From: Antedon mediterranea
Taxonomy: Eukaryota; Animalia; Echinodermata
Reading direction: 5' to 3'
Length of the DNA: 64,000 bases
NCBI RefSeq assembly: GCF_964355755.1
Contig: NC_092675.1
Location: 18,696,912 to 18,760,911, forward strand
This document shows positions 12,954-24,789 of this stretch, piece after piece. The position numbers and the translations under genes are program-made. Below the pieces are notes generated by a model, which was given only the letters and a program-made list of their open reading frames with translations, ran no database searches and was not told the DNA's origin. How positions within the stretch are numbered: position 1 is the stretch's first letter; every line of letters starts with the position of its first letter.

Positions 12954-14597
12954 GGGGCCAGAGCAGACTGAAACATGACACCGCTAACTTTAACTTGTCT
13001 GTTACAACACCCATTAACATTACGGAACTAACACTAATGCTCGAAACTTTTCCAAACACAAACACCAAAGAGTATTTAATCAACGGACTTTCCCATGGTT
13101 TCTACACAGGCATCAAAAGCCTGCCCAAACAATCAATTGAATGTAAGAACTTGAGATCCGCACTGCGACAACCCGAAATCGTTACGGAACTAATCACAAC
13201 CGAGGTGAGCAAGGGTTATTTGATTGGCCCATATAATAGTAATCCATATAATCAGTATCGTATAAATCCGATTGGTATCGCTGAAGGTAGATACTCGCAC
13301 AAAAACGACTTATTGTGGACCTATCAGCACCTCATGATGACTTAAACAACCCGAGTCTAAACGAACTTATAGACAAAGACGCATTTTCCCTTCAATACGT
13401 ATCAATAGATGACGCGATAAAAATAATAAAACAACAAGGGCAAGGCGCGTTATTGATTAAGACTGATATTACGGACGCCTTCAAAATTATACCGATTCAT
13501 CCTAGCTTAAGAAGTTACCACGGTATCAAATGGGACAATAAATATTACTTTTTTAAACAATTAGTGTTTGGCTGTCGTTCAAGCCCAAAGATATTCGACA
13601 CCTTATCGGAAACTGTTTGTTGGATCGCAACGAACGTATTTAAAATAAAAAATATTCTTCACCTTTTGGATGATTTTCTGGTCATTGAATCGCCACAGAC
13701 AAATGCGGATAGTACAAAACAAGTATTGTTAAACATGTTTTCAACACTCGGTATCCCATTATCGGAAAAGAAAACCGAAGGACCAACTACTTTAATAGAA
13801 TATCTTGGTATTTATCTGGACTCAGTTAACATGGAAGCGAGACTTCCGATGGATAAGGTAAATAGAATCCAACAGATTATACAACAATTCAGTAGGCGCA
13901 AATCATGTTCAAAAAGGGAACTATTGAGCCTACTTGGACACTTGAACTTTGCTTGTAGAGTAATCAATCCAGGGCGTTCCTTTGTATCACACCTTATCGG
14001 GTTGTCTACTACTGTTAAAGAACTACACCATCATATACGCATTAGTCATGAATGTCGGTCTGTTCTAGCGATGTGGTCACGTTTCTTAAAGGGATGGAAC
14101 GGTATTTCTTTTTTCATGAATGACGACATAACAACAGCAAGTGATCTTAAACTTTTTACCGATGCAACACGTACTGCATTTGGGGGAATTTATGATAACG
14201 AATGGTTCCAGGGGGAATTCCCCAAAGACTGCGTCACCGACAAAACGTCCATGGCCTTTTTTGAACTCTATCCTATTGTTATGAGCTGCGTGTTATGGGG
14301 CCATATATGGAGTAGGAAGAGAATTCTGTTTTATTGTGACAATATGGCGACCGTTGAAATTATTACTAAGGGTAGATCAAAAACACCCGAAATTATGAAA
14401 CTGATGAGGAGATTAACCTACTGTATCATTCAGCTACACACTGTTATTATGTCTATGCAAAACACATTGCTGGTAAAGATAATGTAATAGCAGATTCAAT
14501 TTCTCGTTACCAGATGGAGAAGTTCCGAATATTGGCACCCGAGGCGAATCTTCTACCAACGAGCTGTCTACATCATTCCGAGCTTCTGATGAATTAA
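12933..14597 (+). pseudogene. Ngaro reverse transcriptase-RNase H with two frameshifts
   Basis: Motifs TPIN, KTDITDAFK, LVFGCRSSP, HLLDDFL, FTDA, FELYPIV and CDN. The RNase H end HIAGKDNVIADSISR lies in another frame after 14425, with the stop at 14597. There is a -1 indel in the A-run at ~13301. Confidence 0.9.
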
Positions 14598-15572
14598 AAC
14601 AGCAAGTCGAACAACTCTGGAACGCAGCTATTTGTGATTCTACAAAAAGAAAATGTGTATCATACAGCGGTTCAACGTTTTTTGAATTTTCTTATTATGT
14701 CAGGTATGATTCTGCCGAAATCAGGACTTCCGCCAATTGTTGAGGGACACCTCATTTATTTTGTAACTCACTGTCAGAAAGTACTGAGCCTAAAACTCCA
14801 TACAATCAAACTCTACCTGTCAGGAATTCGCTTTCATTATATCAAAGCGGGTCATCAAGATATCACATTGGGAACAGAGAGACTACAATACATACTTCGC
14901 GGAATTAAAAAATCACAGAACAATAATCAACAAAAACGTTTACCGATTACTGCAGATGTACTAACAAAAATGAGTAACGTACTTTTGCGGGGTGTGTTTT
15001 CCCCGTTTATGGACCTTATGATTCAGTGTGTGTTCAAGTTAGCGTTTTATGGTTTTTTAAGATGTGGTGAGTTCACATGTAAACGAAAGACTTCCTGTAA
15101 CGATTACTTAAGAATTAGCGATATTACCTTTAGCCCAGATTGCCAATTATATGTTTTACATCTGAGGGCATCCAAAACGGACCCCTTTAGATTGGGAATC
15201 GATATAACAATCTTTGAGAACAAAAATTTATATCCCGTCCATAATATGTCTAAATACATTGCCCTTAGATTGTGTAACGGTGCACCCTATTCAGCCCCGT
15301 TGTTCGTCGAGAACGAATCAACACACGATCCGTTATCAAGGGAACAATTTCTAATGCTTTTAAGGGAAGTTTTAACCAGAAGTGGGATAGATAACCGCAA
15401 TTTTTCAGGTCATTCATTTAGGATAGGGGCTGCAACATCTGCTACTGCAGCAGGTGTAGAAGACCATGTAGTACAAACCCTGGGTAGATGGTCCTCTAAC
15501 TGTTATATTAGATACATCCGAACGAATCGGAAGGTTTTAAAAGACGCTCAAGCAAATATGTGTAAATTGTAA
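14514..15572 (+). CDS. Ngaro tyrosine recombinase (catalytic domain intact in ORF 14634-15572; N-terminus offset by a ~4-nt insertion near 14645)
   Basis: Catalytic residues R (FLRCGE), K (SKTD), HxxR (GHSFRIGAA), W (LGRW) and Y (YIRY). The upstream frame reads ELKQQVEQLWNAAICDST with no ATG. Start placed at a predicted splice acceptor. Confidence 0.88.
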
Positions 15573-15672
15573 TACTGTACAGTAAATTACCAAGCCTTGC
15601 AATTACCGCAAGCTCGACTTCATCCTAGGGAATCTACAATAAATTAAACGTATTCTACAAGTACAATTTAAG

Positions 15673-15698
15673 GAGTTAGTCTACGCTACGATCTGTCT

Positions 15699-15732
<34 letters not shown>

Positions 15733-15909
15733 ATAATAATCCCGCCGGGCTCATCCCCGGGATTAAATCCAGCCGGGCTCATCCCCTGGATAATTTTGAG
15801 AGATCAACAGCACCTATAACTAACACAACCACTTGTCCCGTCGGGCTCATCCCCCGGGACAAGTCTAGATGATTTTCATGAGTTTAGCTACGCTACGATC
15901 TCTCTCTCT

Positions 15910-15969
<60 letters not shown>

Positions 15970-16141
15970 ATAATCCCGCCGGGCTCATCCCCGGGATTAA
16001 ATCCAGCCGGGCTCATCCCCTGGATAATTTTGAGAGATCAACAGCACCTATAACTAACACAACCACTTGTCCCGTCGGGCTCATCCCCCGGGACAAGTCT
16101 AGATGAATTTCATGAGTTTAGCTACGCTACGATCTCTCTCT

Positions 16142-16190
<49 letters not shown>

Positions 16191-16318
16191 GCCGGGCTCA
16201 TCCCCGGGATTAAATCCAGCCGGGCTCATCCCCTGGATAATTTTGAGAGATCAACAGCACCTATAACTAACACAACCACTTGTCCCGTCGGGCTCAACCC
16301 CGGGACAAGTCTAGATGA
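15673..16318 (+). repeat. Three tandem ~205-235 bp units, each with a poly(A) tract and three GGG-CTCAT-CCC bulged hairpins
   Basis: Units start at about 15673, 15880 and 16114, with A tracts of about 31, 57 and 44 nt. Confidence 0.92.
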
Positions 16319-16591
16319 TCATCATCGTAGGGATCGAATGTCCTGTTTCCTAATATTTTTATTTTTTTTTTACAAGAGCAGTATATTTATGATTTTAAGG
16401 TTTCTTTTTATTCTTCTTGGTATAGTATGTTTACCAAGAATTAAATGTAATATCATTTTTAAAAACTATGTAAATAGTCTTTTAATAGGCCTACCTTATT
16501 CTTTTTAGAGCCTGTTCTTATACAATTTAAACTACTTTTATTAATATACACTTTGGTTTATTTCTTGGGGGCTTTCTCTCATGCTATTCGC

Positions 16592-16970
16592 TCAATTGGG
16601 CTGGTATAATTCTTGACAATTATCTCGCCCCCAATAAAATATTATATTCCACGTAGGCCTACTCGGTACTAATAATTTACCGACACTCAGTGGAATTCAC
16701 CTGGGTCCTACTCAGGTCTCATAAAAGATCCGTAACACAGCGAACTAGTATGACAAGAGTAGCCCCCGAAATAGCCAAATAACAATTAAGAATTAAATTA
16801 TTTAAGGTGTGTAGATCGAAGTAGTAGCATAAATATATAATACATAAATAAGCAATAATTACTAAGGTATTTTGTTATTGAGAGTAAGGTACCACGGCAG
16901 TGGCTGGTATTAAATATATAATAAATGTTAACCGATGTATTACTGTACTTATATGGTGTTGTGTATAAAA
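16592..16970 (+). repeat. Split direct repeat B1 (379 bp)
   Basis: TCAATTGGGCTGG...GTGTATAAAA, matching 17386-17764; contains AATAAA. Confidence 0.95.
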
Positions 16971-17325
16971 GCAAATTTGGGAAACTAAATTATAGTTTAT
17001 ACACAATACCATCTGGAGTAACCCGGACTCCACTACAAGGACATTGAATATCAATAGATAATTATACCTACACTATAGTGACCTCAACAAGTGACAGTTG
17101 ATGGATGGGTTTGGTACTGCCTCCTTTAAGTCTACTTTTTAAGGAGAATTGGTATTTTACACAAGGTTACCGTACTAATAAATTAAACTTAAAAGACTAG
17201 GCGACATATTTATAAAAACAGGTGTCCCTATCAAATAGATCAGATTGACTATACATAGTATAACAAACTGGACATGTATCATTGATGTTACAGCAACTCG
17301 CTAGCATCAGTCAGATTTTATTTTC
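16971..17325 (+). repeat. Split direct repeat A2
   Basis: Copy of 11165-11519 directly abutting B1. Confidence 0.95.
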
Positions 17326-17385
17326 CCACCCAACCATCCCCATCATCATCCCATCTTACTATTATGGTGCTACTTAGCTAGTCGT

Positions 17386-17764
17386 TCAATTGGGCTGGTA
17401 TAATTCTTGACAATTATCTCGCCCCCAATAAAATATTATATTCCACGTAGGCCTACTCGGTACTAATAATTTACCGACACTCAGTGGAATTCACCTGGGT
17501 CCTACTCAGGTCTCATAAAAGATCCGTAACACAGCGAACTAGTATGACAAGAGTAGCCCCCGAAATAGCCAAATAACAATTAAGAATTAAATTATTTAAG
17601 GTGTGTAGATCGAAGTAGTAGCATAAATATATAATACATAAATAAGCAATAATTACTAAGGTATTTTGTTATTGAGAGTAAGGTACCACGGCAGTGGCTG
17701 GTATTAAATATATAATAAATGTTAACCGATGTATTACTGTACTTATATGGTGTTGTGTATAAAA
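17386..17764 (+). repeat. Split direct repeat B2
   Basis: Copy of 16592-16970 after a 60-bp C-rich spacer. Confidence 0.95.
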
Positions 17765-18045
17765 TAGCCATAATATCGGCAGGGGTTCGAGGCTCACTCA
17801 CTCCATGGTTCTGGTGGTAGAACGAGTCTTCTCGGATAAGGACTATAAACCGTAGGTCCAGTGTACACATCTAGCTCGTGTGCACTTTAAAAGAACCTAG
17901 TACATCTTTCGAGACGAGTAGGGGGTTGCCCCGGTGTATTAGTACATCACAGCCACTGATCACCAACTGGGCCCTCTAGGAGACCAGTCTTTGACTGAAG
18001 AGGTTACCCAGTATAAATATAAATTTCAATCAATTCAATCAATAA
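17765..18045 (+). mobile_element. 3' part of a tRNA-derived SINE with Deu/Nin-like central domain
   Basis: B box GGTTCGAGGC at 17784. The core CTTCTCGGATAAGGACTATAAACCGTAGGTCC...AAGAACC...GAGTAGGGGGTTGCCCCGGTGT resembles the Deu domain from recall. TCAA-type tail. Confidence 0.75.
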
Positions 18046-20929
18046 ACTCGCGTACCATCTATATTGCCATGGAGAGAAACACCATGCATATATTTCTTTT
18101 TAGATGGACTAAACTTATAGTCTACCAACATTTTTTTTTTAAGAGTTTAAACGCCATAAAGAAATCTTGTAAAAAAGCAGTATTATAGTAGAATGTATTT
18201 TGTGACAACATGTTTATTATGCAGTATTGTTGTTCTTGGTTTTATTTTTAAAATCGTTTAATTATTATTTAAAGATATGTTGTCGCCTTGGGGCAATGTG
18301 TCATTGTTTGATATGTATCTTGTTTGATTTGATCATGTGTGTGTTTGTACTTGGTATTCCTTGAACACAGACATTTGTGGAAATGGAATAAAAGAAAAAA
18401 AAAGGAATCGAAAATAATAATAAAACGTTTATTTGTATATTATGTTTATATATCTAACAGTAGGGCCTACCCACACTCACAGTAATAAAGTGTATTTGTA
18501 TATGTCTAATATATATCTAACAGTATCCACACTCACAGTAAGCAATTTGCGATTCAAATGGCGACCAAAAATGGTTAATCCGTATTTCATACAGTATTGT
18601 CAAAGTATTGAAATGCTATATCTAAAGGTTTTAAGTTATTCCAAGGGCCCATAAAATTATTAAAAACAATTATCGTAGAAGGAGATTGGTAAATGCGAAG
18701 CATCCTCGTATTATTGTGTGCGGGTATTTTTCAAGATGGTCATCCAAAGCAGTGTATACCACGATCGGAAAACACCCCTATTTGGGGCAAATCGTAGAAC
18801 CTACATTAACTAATTACCTAACTCAGTTTAATTAGTACACATGGTTACATCAGGTGGTTAATATCACTACCGAAAGTACGAACCAACTTTATATACTATC
18901 GAGTAAACATTCTAGAAGTAACGCGCGATTTACTGCATTTTGCACTTACGTACAGTATGTATACATATATATTGTACGTCGATTAAAGGGTGACCAATGA
19001 TTGTTATTCTATAACCGATTGTACAAAGAATGCTTAACAACATCTTCGCCACTATGTAGACCTAATATTTTTGGTTGGTATATCGGTCGTTAATATATTT
19101 GATATGAACATTTATTTTGAATGTTTGAACAAAAAAAATACGTGAGATTGATACGTATGCGCAGAATGTTTTCCTTACTCGACATCTGCGTAAGGCTAGT
19201 CCTACGTAGAGAAAACGAAAGCCAATCATTCTAACAAAAAGCTATTTAAAAATGGAAACAAATAAATAGAAAACATTACAATATTTTCAGTTTTCAGCAA
19301 GCAAACATTGTATTTTGCTGTGATAAAGTTACATTTTGCTAAAACATTTTCTTAAAACGGTATTATGATATTTAAAGTAAAATATACGTTGTTATTTATA
19401 GAATTCTTATCTGCTATTAGCCTAAGTTTTTGAGAAAAAAAAACGATATAAGAGTCCACATTGAATTAGTTGCATAGTTTACTCTAGTAATCTAATTATT
19501 ACGATACTTCTCTTAGTATGACCAGCAACTAAAATTCATGATGGAGATTATGAATAATGACAGTTTAAAATATACGGGTTAAAACGAGCCATTCTCGACG
19601 TGATTCGATTGAAGTTCTAGTACTGAATTCTGGTCATAAAACACGATTTGCGACTTTACGCGTGTTACAGTCAACACTTTCCGAATGCGATCGTGATTGT
19701 GGATCGATCACAAAGTCATGGATTGTACTACACTACAAAAGTCACAGTTATAAGCCATTGTGACGGGTTTCTTAATTTTTATTCCGAAACCAATTTTGGA
19801 AAAAATGTTTAGTAGGATTAAAAGCATTTTATTGGCCTTACAAAATAAAGAAAGAATGATATTATGCTAATACATTCTCTACTGTACCATTATCATTGTT
19901 TGGACGAACTAGATAGTAATGCATAACATTACGGACGTGAAGTGTAAGAGATTAACATTTTATGACGAATAGGTATTTCGTTTAACATTAAATAAATGTA
20001 TATTCTGGATACATGTGTATATGTAAATAATATGTTACTGATGAAGCTGAGAAATTATTTCTATTATTTCTATGTATCATGATTTGAATAATGATAATCT
20101 GTCGATGATTATGACAATGGCAACGATAGACGTTGATACATTCATGTTATCATAGAGGAACATCGCTTTAGCCATGATATTATTGTAATATGACTGCGAT
20201 GTCTAAATAAAACAGAAAAAATACAATGTCAATGCAAAATTATATTTAATAGCCTATATAGGTCACTATGTTGTAACACATATCGAATGGTTGACCTTCA
20301 ATAATAAAAAATAAATAAAACATGAACAATAAATAAAGAAGAAATTACGTGGTTTTAATATCGATTAATCTACTTGATTGATATTTTCTCTACTTAATCC
20401 GCTAATTGACCTGTTGTATGGTCTTACACACTAATGGAACACGAGTTAAACAACCACAGACTACAAATTACAAGAAGCATTTCAACGACAAGTGGATTGA
20501 ATAGTTGATTGCGCGGGAATATTTCATAGAAAACAGATGATTGATGGATAATAATAAGACGTCCTCCCTCCTTAGGTTTGTTTCCTGAGAACTTTCGTAA
20601 ATTCCTTCTTTATATTCAAAGTATTCAATCACTTTCAGAGAGTTACATTGTACAATAATGTTTTACTGTAGTTTCTTTCTTAACCCATTCAACTTTGATT
20701 AAAACACATTGTACTTCTTCAAATGAATTCAGAAAAATAGCTTTGATCACTTAATCATGTGGGCTGGCTGTTTTGTATTGTGACCGTCAACCCAACGATG
20801 ATCACTCATCGAAAGCGGGTCGAAATCGTCATTAATATCTACACAATGATAGTGCGCCAGAGAGACTTGGGGCATCTTCTACATGTACATGTGTGCACTA
20901 CAACATTCAACCATAATAACCATCTAGAG

Positions 20930-21190
20930 ATGACGGGTTCGAGTGTTGTAACTGGAGAGTGATGGTGTAATGATAATATGCTTTACTCTCATTGCACTGC
21001 CCTTCGGATGGGATGTAAAACCGTTGGTCCCGTGTACATAATGATAGTGCACGTTGAAGAACTTAGCCTATTCGGAAATAGTAGGGGATCGTCTCCAATG
21101 GTGCTTATCTGGTAGGCGCTGCATTGCATGGCTGTGGAGTGGGTCCTAATCAGTTTCCAGTTAAGCTTCAGGACTAGAATAATACGCGTG
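20930..21190 (+). mobile_element. Second, diverged Deu/Nin-domain SINE
   Basis: GGGTTCGAG at ~20935; core CCCTTCGGATGGGATGTAAAACCGTTGGTCCCGTGT...GCACGTTGAAGAAC...AGTAGGGGA. Confidence 0.55.
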
Positions 21191-22466
21191 TTTACTAGAT
21201 ATATATATAATTTTAAATTTTTAAACGAAACTGTTGATGCATTTTTCTTTCCATATGCTACAAAACAGTGAATAGCATTTAGGCCTAAAATTCCTGAATA
21301 AAAAAGTATTATTAATTAAACTGTAATATTATTTTTAATCAAAAAAAATATATATATTAAAAGTAGGCCTAAACTGTTTTAATTAATTAAACTTGTGTGG
21401 AGACAACAAAATCATCGGAGAAGCTAAAATAAACATGGAAACCCGTCATTACAACACAGTGTACATATGGTTATAGCCATAGGTTACCTTAATCATTATT
21501 ATTGTTATTCGACAGCATCATAGGATTGCAGATAAATTAGACTAAATCGAATTGTTTGAATATGCCTGTAACATTTTACGTACATTAAGAAATTACATAA
21601 CATAATCTTGATGACAAACAAAATATCAGTATAGCCGATTTAGATAAATATATAGCTATTTGATTGTTGCTACATGGATTTAAAGCTTAACATACACAGA
21701 CACCATGTACCGGTATAGAGCGAGTTAATCTTTCCTTTTATGTAATGTGACAGATTGGTTATGTTATTAGCCTGAAGCAACGAGTTCAAAATTACTGTGT
21801 AAAGGGCAAGCGAAATAAATATAATCAACACCAACCAATAAAATATCTGTAAAGACTAAGTCCATCGTATCCTGTAATAGTTTGTTACTTGTAGATAGCT
21901 TTTTAATGAACCCGAATCGCATACAAAATTACATTAACTACTAACATGTTTTGAAGTGTAATCTGAATCGAACCGTGCTATTAACATAATTGTATAAAAT
22001 ATGCATAAAACATGTATTTCTGGTAGTGTGTTTAATTACGCAAATAATTGATGTAATAATAATTATGCTGTTCCGCGTCATTTGATATTAATTTGTTATT
22101 TTTATTTTTGTATTTCCAGGTGGTATTGATTAGTCGATTGAATAAATAACTGATTTATTAATGTAAGATCGGTTGCTGTATTCTATGGAACACACGGAAA
22201 ATTCAACGTTTCAGTTGATGACGACAAAGTCTTGAAGCTTGGTCGTTTCACAATTACTGCTCATATGAATTTGGTAGTGAAGTTGATCAAACTATCGTAA
22301 AGTATCATTTTAATTTAAATATTTCATTTCGGAATCTATGGTCTATTGAAAATAAACATAATTAACGTATACAATTAACTGCAATAGGACGTGTTGTCAT
22401 CTAACAACGGCGTCCGGAGAGCATCTTTCTCATATAATGCATGCATTGTCAACTAACGTCTAGAGA

Positions 22467-23284
22467 AAACAAGGCCAACAGCCATTAAGTCGCATGCTAC
22501 AATGCATAGTGATACCGGACCGACAGACAGACCGACAGACCGACAGACAGACCGACAGACCGACCGACAGACAGACAGACCGACCGACCGACATAGTGAA
22601 CTATACTGACCGAAATTACTGAACATGTTTAAAAATGTTGAAATGTTTAAAAACATTTATATTTTTTTAATTTACACGTGCGTAGCCTGTCACTTTTGAC
22701 GTGCTCGTATAACGTAATTTCGAGTTGAAAAGTAAGTCAAGAAAACAGAAATCGGGCAAAAAGAGTGCGCAATAAAATTTAACGCGCAGTGCGCGCGCAA
22801 AAATATGCGCACTCATGGCAATTTTGTAAACGCTTAAAATTGCCTGAAACGTACTCTTATTTCATCGAAAATAAATTTTGAAAATTTTAAGCGCGCGTAC
22901 GCATGCGTTACATGCGCTACGCACGTAATTGTATTGCCATATGATGATTTATGCCCTGAAATTTATGAGTACCAAATTTTATTTAATTGTGATTCATGGC
23001 TGTGAAGATATGATTACAAACGTGATTTCGTTAAATCATGCGTAGACCGCGTAATTTTTTATTGCGCACCGTGAAAACATAACCACATTGATTCCTGGCC
23101 ATAAGGAATATACTGTGAAAAATTGACCTAGCTAGATTAAACTGATATCAAGATAAGGTCAGAAAGCGATAAAAGGCATAGTGATACCGGACCGACAGAC
23201 CGACAGACAGACAGACCGACAGACAGACAGACCGACCAACCGACCGACATAGTGAACTATAGAGTCGCTTCCACGCGACTAAAA
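22467..23284 (-). mobile_element. DINE-1/HINE-like non-autonomous Helentron-associated element
   Basis: On the minus strand: T-run, then TAGTCGC-GTGGAA-GCGACT hairpin/subTIR, (GTCY)n microsatellites at 23190-23248 and 22518-22591, and a 3' GCGACTTA subTIR with a small GGC..GCC hairpin before a T-run. Confidence 0.7.
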
Positions 23285-24789
23285 ACAGTCCATGGTATCG
23301 TGTCTATATACACACCCCGGCCTCTTCTTCTGAATAGTAACATGTATATACAAATGAATACAAGTAAATGAAACAATAATAATAAACAATTATTGGTAAT
23401 AAAATGTGTTAAAAGGTTGATATGCAAAATATGTAAAAAGAGGAATGCAGTACTTAGAATTTATGTAAGTTAAAAATAAAATGTGATAATATGTAAAAAA
23501 ATGAATACAAACAAACACATTCCTATTCTATTCACTATTCTATTCTTATTAAAAATGTATGAGAATTAAAAGTAGAAAGAACCCACATAAGATAAAAAAA
23601 AAACTTTTGAAAATAGGTTTTACAATATCCATATATTGGAAGGTTGCAGCTTCACGCTTTACTGCACATTATTTATTGTCGCATTGTTCGTCTGATGTTC
23701 AGTGGAAGTATGACTTGAAATCAATCTGTAAAACAGGTCAGTCTTAAAATCTTAATCGTGACAACTGATTACTTTGTGGTAGTTAATCATGTAAGATAGC
23801 CCATTACGAATCTTACAAAAACATTGAAATTATCTTATAATCCATCTCATGGCTTAACGCTATACAAATATTATTCATCTGGTGACGTTAAAAACATCAC
23901 AATATTCATATTAAGTCAAATAATCTTCACTTGAAAATAATTTAGTGTTTATGTATCAAATCAAATCAAAAAACCAAATGCAAAGCTTTACCGGCAATCT
24001 ATTCGGCGTCCATGTCAGTCAACATCTGTAAAATAGCAAAGCCGTTGAAATCATTCGACAAGATAAGGACAATTTATGTCTAAAAGTCTAATTACAAGCA
24101 GCAATATGTCGTAATTCAAATAAGAACTTATTGCACGTACTAAGCACAATTGATAACTATATGTATAAGTATGACTTTCTTTCTTATTCTACAATAAAAT
24201 GAGTTTTTATTATTGGATTATAAAAATTATAAGGTCTATATATCTCACAATCGTAAATCAACATACAACAATATTTACCCAGTATCTTAGGAGTATTCGG
24301 TAATACAGCATCTCACGTAGTGCCTATATCATTAGGTTAAGAGATCATGGTCTATATAGTACCGGGTGATACATGTAAAACACATGTGATGTTGTGGTAC
24401 AAAATTTCACCATGATACTGCATAAATCTATAGATAAAGTACCGAAAATCGGGTGGTATAAGGTACGTTTTTTTTATTTCGTAATCAAAACTGTATCAAA
24501 ATCCCGAGTATAAACAAAAACTGTTACCCATAATAGGCTGTGAACTCGTTTTAAAAATAATAACATGCCATTCCATGAAATAACGGGTAATTTTGCAGCA
24601 TTAACCTCTTCATCACCCAATCTAAAATATTTGCTTTCAGTGTAACAAACTAGCATACTTCAATCACCATATTCATAGTCGTGTTTTTAATGGTAAGATT
24701 AAGGTAATTGAAAATTTAAAACAACAGAAGATGCGTTTAAGTCTTGACAGATGGTTTTCTATCCGTGTGAGGTATATGCGTTTCTCTGC

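Larger units (their letters stand above)
11165..17764 (+). mobile_element. Full-length Ngaro/PAT-type (DIRS order) tyrosine-recombinase retrotransposon
   Basis: Split direct repeats arranged A1-ORFs-B1-A2-B2, gag / RT-RNaseH / YR gene order, and no TSD. Confidence 0.95.

Noticed and set aside
15838-15856. CGTCGGGCTCAT resembles the bacterial initiator tRNA anticodon arm
   Set aside because: The loop is 5 nt rather than 7 and there are no D/T arms or acceptor stem; treated as coincidence within the hairpin array
15700-16186. Poly(A) tracts suggesting three inserted SINEs or retrocopies
   Set aside because: The A-runs are internal to each tandem unit, within a pairing stem, and lack TSDs; better explained as homopolymer expansion
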